Below, piece by piece: positions 18,126 through 24,562 of a stretch of 55,407 nucleotides of DNA. Source of the DNA: a virus (lineage: Duplodnaviria; Caudoviricetes); the IMG/VR virus record IMGVR_UViG_3300010366_000015, positions 1-55,407 of that record, one strand, 5' to 3'. How positions within the stretch are numbered: position 1 is the stretch's first letter; each line of letters opens with the position of its first letter. The notes below the pieces were generated by a model. It was not told where the DNA came from. It did no database searches and was given only the letters and a program-made list of their open reading frames with translations. The translations under genes and the position numbers were made by a program.

Positions 18126-18199
18126 GCGGCTGGCATCGTCAGACGGCCGCCACCACGCGGCCGTGACGTGCGAGCGACGGGCGCCCGCACGTTTCGCCA
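18126..18199 (-). ncRNA. Type II hammerhead ribozyme HH4 (GUC; cleavage predicted between 18165 and 18164)
   Basis: UGGC GAAA CGUGCGGGCG-CCCGU-CGCUCGCACG UC^ ACGGCCGC-GUGGUG-GCGGCCGU CUGACGA U GCCA GCCGC. Confidence 0.93.
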
Positions 18200-18201
18200 C
18201 G

Positions 18202-18741
18202 TCACCCCACGTCGGCAGCGGATTTGTGATACCAATCGGATGACGCCACGCCACGCACCATGCGAGCCGAATTGCCGTCGGGCGCAATCCCGTGGTCCAA
18301 CTCCACTACCGCGTGGAGTTTCCGCATCGTTTCGTCACCGCGGTACACGTACATCAGCAACACGTCGGCATGGAGTCCGGCTCGCGCGACGTAGCCGTTC
18401 GAATGGTAGTCCGGCTGGAAATCGAACGCGATTGCATCGCCCGCCCGTAGCGTCGCCAGCAAGCTAGACGCGTGGCAATGCTGCGACGGATAGACGCTAA
18501 CATGCGCCCAACACTGCGCCCGAGACACGTCACGCGTCGGGAAATCGCCCAAGCACGTCACCTTAGCCGGGATGACGTGGCGCGCCTCCTGCGCGAACGG
18601 ATCGGCCGATTTGTCGGCTCGCTTGATGCAATGGACCAAAGTCTTTTCGTCGCGGTTCGGCTGAAACGCTACTAGCAGCGTGTCCATTTTGCGCAGTGCA
18701 ACAATGTCCAGCTTGGTCAGCACGTATGGGGAGGTAAACAT
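18202..18741 (-). CDS. Hypothetical early protein
   Basis: TAGGGCAA leader; flanked by HH5 and HH4. Confidence 0.75.
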   Translation of the reverse strand: MFTSPYVLTKLDIVALRKMDTLLVAFQPNRDEKTLVHCIKRADKSADPFAQEARHVIPAKVTCLGDFPTRDVSRAQCWAHVSVYPSQHCHASSLLATLRAGDAIAFDFQPDYHSNGYVARAGLHADVLLMYVYRGDETMRKLHAVVELDHGIAPDGNSARMVRGVASSDWYHKSAADVG

Positions 18742-18777
18742 TTGCCCTAGTTCCTAGTCAGTCAGTCAGTCGATACA

Positions 18778-18850
18778 GGCTGGCATCGTCAGACCGTGGC
18801 CACCACGCCACGGTGACAGCGGGCGCGACGTGGCGCCCGCCGTTTCGCCA
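18778..18850 (-). ncRNA. Type II hammerhead ribozyme HH5 (GUC; cleavage predicted between 18815 and 18814)
   Basis: UGGC GAAA CGGCGGGCGC-CACGUC-GCGCCCGCUG UC^ ACCGUGGC-GUGGUG-GCCACGGU CUGACGA U GCCA GCC. Confidence 0.93.
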
Positions 18851-18852
18851 CG

Positions 18853-19758
18853 TCACGCAGCGGCTTTCAGTTCCGCCACGTCAGCAAATTTCAGGAGATA
18901 ATCGGCGGCTTTCGAAGCCTGCGAGGCGGCCGAAATAATCGCCCGATTATCTTCGCGAAGCACGCTCAACCAAGAACCGATGTAATCCGCGTGGCGTACC
19001 GTCGGCTCGATACCTAAAGCCGCGCAAGTGAAAGCCGCGCCCATTTCGGCAACCAACTCTTCCCGCGCATAGTCGGGCGATCCGTGGCGGTTGGCGAATT
19101 TACGCGCCAGCCGATGTTCGGCGCCCGTCCAGTGCGTCAACTCGTGGAGCGTCGTTCTGTACCAATTGATCGCGTTCGGTTCGTACGCTTCGATCGGCGG
19201 AACTGCGATGCAGTCGCGGCCGATGTCATAGTACGCCCGGTTGCCAGCAACCGCGATCCGGGCGCCCGAGTTCCTAATCAGCCGATCGGCCGCCTCGTGC
19301 AATTCTGGCATCGTAGGGGCGGGCGGAGCATCGGGCGCCGCTGGCAGTCCGTCGCATTGCTCGCGATTAAAGACAGTGTACGCTTTCAGGAAATAAACGG
19401 CTCGCTGGTCATCTTCCGGCTTGGCGCGTTCAGCCTTGGGAATGAACCGATCGGCATAGACGACATGAACGCCACGTTCGCCCGCCCGTACGTGGCCGCC
19501 TAGTTCAGCGGCTTGCTTATACGTCAGCCAACCGTGAGAACGGTGTCCAACTGCCATCCCGTGAACCCATAGCAGGAGAACATTCACGCCCGAGTAGTTC
19601 CGCCCGGTTGCGGCATTGTGCGGTAACGCGATGGCCGCGCCCGCAACGTTATTCCGCCACGGCTGAACCCATGGGACAGTTCCCGCCTCTAGCTGCGAGA
19701 TTATGCGGTCTGTAACCGTCTGGTACAGATCGGCTCGATTTAACTTGCTGTCAGTCAT
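18853..19758 (-). CDS. ardC: ArdC-family antirestriction protein (ssDNA-binding + zincin-like domain)
   Basis: DLYQ.VTDRII..LEAG..PW.QPW, Y.G.N.L.LW, W.TYKQA..LGG.VR.GE, HELTHWT, YAREELVAE, HADYI.SWL. Confidence 0.93.
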   Translation of the reverse strand: MTDSKLNRADLYQTVTDRIISQLEAGTVPWVQPWRNNVAGAAIALPHNAATGRNYSGVNVLLLWVHGMAVGHRSHGWLTYKQAAELGGHVRAGERGVHVVYADRFIPKAERAKPEDDQRAVYFLKAYTVFNREQCDGLPAAPDAPPAPTMPELHEAADRLIRNSGARIAVAGNRAYYDIGRDCIAVPPIEAYEPNAINWYRTTLHELTHWTGAEHRLARKFANRHGSPDYAREELVAEMGAAFTCAALGIEPTVRHADYIGSWLSVLREDNRAIISAASQASKAADYLLKFADVAELKAAA

Positions 19759-19807
19759 TGAAGATTGCCCTAGTTAGTGTCGCGGCCATATCCCGCCGCT
19801 GGACAAA

Positions 19808-19839
19808 CCAATATCACGGGCGGGATATAGGGCGCTATA
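19808..19839 (-). promoter_or_regulatory. Early promoter/operator repeat, copy 3 (upstream of ardC)
   Basis: TATAG-CGCC-CTATA-N6-CCGTGATATTGG; perfect palindrome arms. Confidence 0.6.
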
Positions 19840-19847
19840 TATATTTG

Positions 19848-19876
19848 TTGAGCGGGCGGAAAAATCGTGATAGCTT
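19848..19876 (+). promoter_or_regulatory. Rightward sigma70-type promoter (divergent from ardC)
   Basis: TTGAGC-N17-TAGCTT with an extended TG. Confidence 0.55.
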
Positions 19877-19909
19877 TCCAACCGTCAAACCTAGATAGGG
19901 CACAACGCC

Positions 19910-20095
19910 ATGATGACTCTGACGAAAGCACAATTGATCGTTCGCAACCGGCTTGCCTATGAACCGCGCGAGGTACGCGAGGCGGCCGTATGGTTGCTCG
20001 GAAGCCTATCGGCAACCGACGAAGATGTTCGCGACGCGTCCCACGCAATCGCGGTTGGAACCCGCGATCGGCCGTCAGCTATCCCGCACAACTGA
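19910..20095 (+). CDS. Hypothetical early protein
   Basis: TAGGGCAC leader. Confidence 0.65.
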   Translation: MMTLTKAQLIVRNRLAYEPREVREAAVWLLGSLSATDEDVRDASHAIAVGTRDRPSAIPHN

Positions 20096-20155
20096 ACACC
20101 ACGGGCGCCCGTCACTCGGGCGGGCGCCGATCTCTCAAACCTAGGGCAATCCGCT

Positions 20156-20368
20156 ATGACTCATCCTGCAATCCACCGCTACAATATCGCCCGCGCCCGC
20201 GACGAAAACGCTCGCCTCGACTGGCAGCGCACGCAACAGGCGCATCGCGGCTACCTCATCATGCGGCTACTGACGGGCGGCTTTTCCGTCAGCCGCGACG
20301 GCTCGCATATCTGCTACGCCGAGTCAGTCGAGGCCGCCCGCGCCACAATCGACGCGTTGCTAGACTGA
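20156..20368 (+). CDS. Hypothetical early protein
   Basis: CTAGGGCAAT leader. Confidence 0.7.
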   Translation: MTHPAIHRYNIARARDENARLDWQRTQQAHRGYLIMRLLTGGFSVSRDGSHICYAESVEAARATIDALLD

Positions 20369-20411
20369 TCTCGGGCGCCAATCTCTCAACCTCAACCTAG
20401 GGCAATCCACA

Positions 20412-20732
20412 ATGACCGGATTCACAGTCTCTTATGACATCACCACGGAAGAGTCGGCCGAATATGGCGACACGGCCGAAAACGGGATACTCGGGCGCGA
20501 TCTCACGCTACGCGACGCAATTGAACTCGTTACCGCCACGCGGACCAATAGAGTCGGCGGCGTATCCTCGATCGAGTGCGACGAATCACCAATGCGGGCG
20601 CCGCGATGGGTAACGATCAATAACGGGATCGAGTACGAGTCGGGCGCCTATGAATCCCGTTCGCTCCATTTCCCGCCTCGTCTCACGGCCGCATCCCGCC
20701 GCCGTATCGCCCGTCTACTCGGAGTACGCTGA
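20412..20732 (+). CDS. Hypothetical early protein
   Basis: CTAGGGCAAT leader; YDITTEESAEYGD..E.G recurrent phage motif. Confidence 0.75.
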   Translation: MTGFTVSYDITTEESAEYGDTAENGILGRDLTLRDAIELVTATRTNRVGGVSSIECDESPMRAPRWVTINNGIEYESGAYESRSLHFPPRLTAASRRRIARLLGVR

Positions 20733-20735
20733 ACC

Positions 20736-21020
20736 ATGGCAACCAATCTCGACCCTACTCGCGACGAAATGCGGGAATATCTGAACTCGACCCCGTTCAT
20801 TCACGAGTGCGACGAATTCGACATCGAAGAGTCGATCTACTGGTTCGCGTCCGATTACCACGGCGGCCAATGGTCCAACCTCTACGCCGCACTGTGCGCG
20901 TCCGATTACTCGCCCGGACCAATCACCACGGGATGCGAGCCGGACTCCGTCGCGTCATACCTCTATGATGAACTGGTTCAGCATTTCGCCCCATCGCTGC
21001 GATTTGGCGAGACTGCCTGA
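20736..21020 (+). CDS. Acidic hypothetical early protein
   Basis: IYWFASDYHGGQWSNLYAAL recurrent phage motif. Confidence 0.75.
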   Translation: MATNLDPTRDEMREYLNSTPFIHECDEFDIEESIYWFASDYHGGQWSNLYAALCASDYSPGPITTGCEPDSVASYLYDELVQHFAPSLRFGETA

Positions 21021-21048
21021 TCTCTCCGCCTGATCTCGCCACCAATCG

Positions 21049-21077
21049 GCCGCCCCTAATCCGGGCGGCTGTTTTTT
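21049..21077 (+). terminator. Intrinsic terminator
   Basis: GCCGCCC-CTAATCC-GGGCGGC followed by TGTTTTTT. Confidence 0.75.
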
Positions 21078-21080
21078 GTT

Positions 21081-21109
21081 TGTATCCCGCTATAAATCCG
21101 TGCCATTGT
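21081..21109 (+). promoter_or_regulatory. Early promoter/operator repeat, copy 4 (degenerate)
   Basis: TGTAT-CCCG-CTATA-N3-CCGTGCCATTGT. Confidence 0.45.
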
Positions 21110-21145
21110 TCCCGCCTCGTTAACTGACTGATAGGGCAATCCCCA

Positions 21146-21487
21146 ATGATCTCTCCTGATACCCGCCGCTCCATCGAACGTCGCATCGTCCGCCGCATCC
21201 TGATCGAGGCCGTCCGCTCCGATTGCGTGATCTCCGTTTGGGACGGGGAAGACTGGTCAATTCGCCGCTCCAATAATCCAACCGCAATCCTCGCCGCCAT
21301 GTTCGCAACCGATGAAGAGACTCTGGTCATCCGTCGCGCCAGTGGCCCGCGCATCGGTTCAGTATTCCTCGTCTATGGCAACGATGGCCCCGACGTGATC
21401 TGCAACCATACCGACAGCGACGACATGAACGCGTTGCTCGCGCCCGCCTACGATCTCGCCGACCAGTTGGACAAACTCTACTCCTGA
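21146..21487 (+). CDS. Phage hypothetical early protein
   Basis: ISVWDGEDW...MFATDEE...LVYGNDG.DVI; TAGGGCAAT leader. Confidence 0.75.
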   Translation: MISPDTRRSIERRIVRRILIEAVRSDCVISVWDGEDWSIRRSNNPTAILAAMFATDEETLVIRRASGPRIGSVFLVYGNDGPDVICNHTDSDDMNALLAPAYDLADQLDKLYS

Positions 21488-21512
21488 TCCTCCGCCCGAT
21501 CTCTCCACGATC

Positions 21513-21540
21513 AAGCCGCCCCTAGCCGGGCGGCTTTTTC
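21513..21540 (+). terminator. Intrinsic terminator (near copy of 21049..21077)
   Basis: AAGCCGCCC-CTAGCC-GGGCGGCTTTTT. Confidence 0.8.
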
Positions 21541-21548
21541 GTTTCCGG

Positions 21549-21577
21549 TTGACTGCAACCATTTCAGCCGCTGTTCT
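21549..21577 (+). promoter_or_regulatory. Putative terS promoter
   Basis: TTGACT-N17-TGTTCT. Confidence 0.35.
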
Positions 21578-21612
21578 CCGCCGATCCGATTCGGCCGAAA
21601 GCATCGCAACCA

Positions 21613-22137
21613 ATGTCAGCTAAACAACTGAACCCGCAACAGGCGCAATTCGCCAAACTACTCGCCAGCGGCTTAGCCAAGGCGGAAGCCTACCGCCAAG
21701 TGTACCCGGGCAATTACTCCGCCCAATCGTGCGCAACCAAAGCCAACCGCCTCGCAAAGCATCCCCTCATCTGCGGCGTAGAGCGCCGCCGGGCGGCCGC
21801 CGTGGTCCGCGCGGTGGACAATGCCATAGAACGCTATGGCGTGACGGCGGACCGCGTAGCCGATGCCATGGCGAGGCTCGCGTTCACTGATCTCCGCCAA
21901 ATCGTTGACGTGCGGACCGTCAACGGCAAGCAACAGATCACAGTGCGCGATTGGGCGATCGTGGATGACAACGCGCACGCTGCAATCAGCGAGGTTCGAC
22001 GGGCGCCCAATGGCGAGGTGACCGTGCGGCTTTACAATAAGCTGGAAGCCTTGAACTCGCTGGCGCGGCTGAAAGGCTGGATTGCCGATCGGCCCGTGGA
22101 TCAGCGCCAACTGATCGCATTGAAGATTGAACGCTAA
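21613..22137 (+). CDS. terS: Terminase small subunit
   Basis: LNPQQAQFA...AEAYRQVY...A.RL..HP.I; VTADRV...ARLAF; VRLYNKLEAL..L. Confidence 0.8.
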   Translation: MSAKQLNPQQAQFAKLLASGLAKAEAYRQVYPGNYSAQSCATKANRLAKHPLICGVERRRAAAVVRAVDNAIERYGVTADRVADAMARLAFTDLRQIVDVRTVNGKQQITVRDWAIVDDNAHAAISEVRRAPNGEVTVRLYNKLEALNSLARLKGWIADRPVDQRQLIALKIER

Positions 22138-22200
22138 CCGTTAGCAGAATGTTCCGAACTGATAATCCCGCCTTGCCCTAGGCGTTGCGGCTGATTTGTC

Positions 22201-22420
22201 GCGGCTTTTGTTCGGCGGGCGGCTCGACCGGCTTCGATCGGCCGTCACCGGCTCGACCGGCGGGCGCCGCTGCCATGGCGTGAGGCTCCGCCACGGCCGG
22301 GCGGCTCGACCCCCCCCACCCCCAAGGTCGCAATCCGGCGATCAGGACCCGGGACCCCCCCCTCTCCACCGATTTGCCAACCGACGATTTTGGGCGGTAT
22401 CGGGTTCTGCGGCTTTTATT
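22201..22420. other. Candidate packaging (pac/terminus) region
   Basis: Directly after terS; three CGGCTCGACC repeats, two C8 tracts and an abrupt switch in strand base composition. Confidence 0.45.
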
Positions 22421-22505
22421 TAAGCGTGTCCGAATGATTGGGTCCCCTCGTTCTTTTTTTTGCGATGCCCGAAATTCATTCGAAGCGAGGCGGTCTCTGT
22501 ACCAA

Positions 22506-22697
22506 TCAGGGCGGGGTCTGTTTCTTTGGATCGGGTGTGGGATTGTTGAACTCGTTGAGCAGGGCTTCGAGGTTGGGGTCTTGTGCGACTTGGTTCCAGA
22601 GGTGGTCGAAGTTGCGCCACCATTGGGCTTTGTCTTGTGGGGTGTCGATATTGCCGACCATGAAGACGGCGACTTTGAGTTGGTCGATGTAGTTCAT
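22506..22697 (-). CDS. Hypothetical protein
   Basis: GGAGG SD. Confidence 0.6.
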   Translation of the reverse strand: MNYIDQLKVAVFMVGNIDTPQDKAQWWRNFDHLWNQVAQDPNLEALLNEFNNPTPDPKKQTPP

Positions 22698-22714
22698 TTG
22701 GGGTTTCCTCCGGT

Positions 22715-23014
22715 TCAGTCGGGATCGCGAGGGTTGGCGCACCAGAGGCAAGTGGTGGTGGTTGGGGAGTTGGTAGCGTGGCATCGGGAGCAGTACCAAG
22801 TTGGAGCGCCGCGAGGTGAGTGTGGGCCTTTGGGCATTTCGACGGGCTGGCCCCACTGGGAGTCGGTGGTGGCTTCTGCGAGGGAGGCGCGGAGTCCGGT
22901 GATTTCATCGAGGCACTCTCGCAGGAGACCGGGCCAGTCGATGGAGTCGGTCGGGAGTTTGTCGGCGAAGCCAAGGGCGTAGGTTCGGAGTTGGTCTTCG
23001 CGTTCTGGTGTCAT
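22715..23014 (-). CDS. Hypothetical protein with a C-terminal Zn ribbon
   Basis: WYCSRC...N....CLWC. Confidence 0.6.
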   Translation of the reverse strand: MTPEREDQLRTYALGFADKLPTDSIDWPGLLRECLDEITGLRASLAEATTDSQWGQPVEMPKGPHSPRGAPTWYCSRCHATNSPTTTTCLWCANPRDPD

Positions 23015-23274
23015 TGGTTATTCCATTGGCGTGGGGTGGTGTGACCGCAATCGGGGCAGCGGTAGGCGACGGTGATGTCCCGGTCGAGATCGTAGACGGC
23101 GATGCGGCGGGAGAAGTGGGTGTGTGAGCCGAAGTGTTGGCGATCGGCTTCGGGGATGGGTTCGGCCTGCCAGTCGGCGCCGCATTGGGGGCAGAAGCGG
23201 TTTTCGTTGTCTTTCATGCGTTGCTTGGCCTGTTGGATCATTTGCCAGTTGCGGTCTGTCATTCGATGCCTCAC
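23011..23274 (-). CDS. Zn-ribbon protein
   Basis: CPQCGADW...FSRRIAVYD...CPDCG. Confidence 0.7.
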   Translation of the reverse strand: MRHRMTDRNWQMIQQAKQRMKDNENRFCPQCGADWQAEPIPEADRQHFGSHTHFSRRIAVYDLDRDITVAYRCPDCGHTTPRQWNNQ

Positions 23275-23591
23275 TCGTCGTGGATGTTGATGAGGAAGGT
23301 CAGGAAGGCGTGGAGTTGTTCGATGTCGGTCCAGTCGAGTTTGGCGTCTAGGTTGAGGTGGTAGGTGTTGTCGGTTTCTTTATTGGTGACGTGGGAGGCG
23401 TGGATTGAGACGCGGACGTGATCGGGGTCGCTGTCGTCGTCGTTGAGGGTGAAGGAGAGTTCGGTGGTGGCTTGTGTGTGGCGTGGCAGCAGTTCGGTAC
23501 TGCCCCAAGTGCCGCCTTTGGTTGGTTGATCTTCACGTTGGGCGAGGCTGGCGGTGCCTTCGGTTATGAGGGCGATGTAGGTGTCCATCAT
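23271..23591 (-). CDS. Hypothetical protein
   Basis: GAGG SD; operon context. Confidence 0.55.
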   Translation of the reverse strand: MMDTYIALITEGTASLAQREDQPTKGGTWGSTELLPRHTQATTELSFTLNDDDSDPDHVRVSIHASHVTNKETDNTYHLNLDAKLDWTDIEQLHAFLTFLINIHDE

Positions 23592-23666
23592 TCGATGCCT
23601 CTTTAACGCGTCGCGGTTGGGTCGGTTGGCAGCGTGGGTTGGTGGCTCGATTGCGAGGTGGTGCGG

Positions 23667-24062
23667 TCAGGCTGCCGTGATTTTCACAGGGATGACGTAG
23701 CCGAGTTTGTTGCGGGCGTGGATGAGGCAGGTTTCTTCGTTGGATCGGACTGAGTTTGGGTGGATGTGGCCGTGTTCGTCCACGAAGGCGAAGGCTGTGA
23801 CGGGTGGTGGTGGTTGGGGCTGGATGGAGCGGAGGTGTTTGAGGGAGGTTTTGCCGAAGTTGGGGATGCGGAGCAGGGTGTTGTCGTCGGTGTTGAAGGC
23901 GTCTTCGAGTGTGGTTCGGCCGATTTCGAGCAGGCAGTTGGCCATACGGGTGGCTTGAAGTTTGTGGATGCCGTGTTCGATCAGGGCGGCTTTGAGGGAG
24001 CGGTATTGGTTTTGGCGTTGGGTGAAGGCTTCCAGTTCGGCGAGGGCTTCTTTGTCTGTCAT
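23667..24062 (-). CDS. RNA polymerase alpha-CTD-like domain protein
   Basis: RMANCL...LLRIPNFGKTSL matches the RpoA CTD (R..NCL...LL..PN.G.KSL). Confidence 0.75.
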   Translation of the reverse strand: MTDKEALAELEAFTQRQNQYRSLKAALIEHGIHKLQATRMANCLLEIGRTTLEDAFNTDDNTLLRIPNFGKTSLKHLRSIQPQPPPPVTAFAFVDEHGHIHPNSVRSNEETCLIHARNKLGYVIPVKITAA

Positions 24063-24562
24063 GGCTTGCCTTCCATGGAAGAGCGGGACGGGACGATCTT
24101 CATACGGAGCGGCTTGCGCCGCGTTTGTGTTGGCCCATCTTTTCCCCCCTACCCCCCTTTCCTTCCCGCAGACGTTGATGCGCGCGCACCGCGCATTTTC
24201 TGCTCGCACGGGACTACCGCCGGACTGTACGCGCTCTGTGTGGCGCGTCCTAGTAGCTGCGTCGCCAGTGCGGTCGTTGGGGACCGTCAGCGATCAGCGT
24301 TCGTGCGTGGCCGGGCCGACCGGGTAGTTCGAAGAAAGGGATGAACGGGATTGGCGCCGCGTCGTGGCCCGCTATCGCAGTGCGGGTGTCCCAAGGTGCG
24401 AAGCAGTCTGTTACGCAACAGAGCAGTTCGCGAGGGGGCCGCTGGTCTGGTAGCCGACCGGCGCTGTGTAGGCTCCTGCGGTGCGGGTGCGTCATGCCGG
24501 GCGGCGCCTCAAAGCTACGCCGTCGCGGTGGCGGGTCCGCTGTTATGAGGCAGGTATGTTCA

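Noticed and set aside
15938-18850. Repeats read as a CRISPR array, integron attC sites or terminators
   Set aside because: The spacers are 600-700 bp of coding sequence, and no cas genes are present. There are no attC R-box ends or U-tracts, and the conserved residues are exactly the hammerhead core.
20103-20128. GGCGCCCG hairpin resembling hammerhead stem III
   Set aside because: Lacks the GAAA and CUGANGA core.
12791-22181. Extra TAGGGCAAG copies at about 12792 (plus) and 22173 (minus)
   Set aside because: No credible start codon follows, so they were not counted among the leader motifs.
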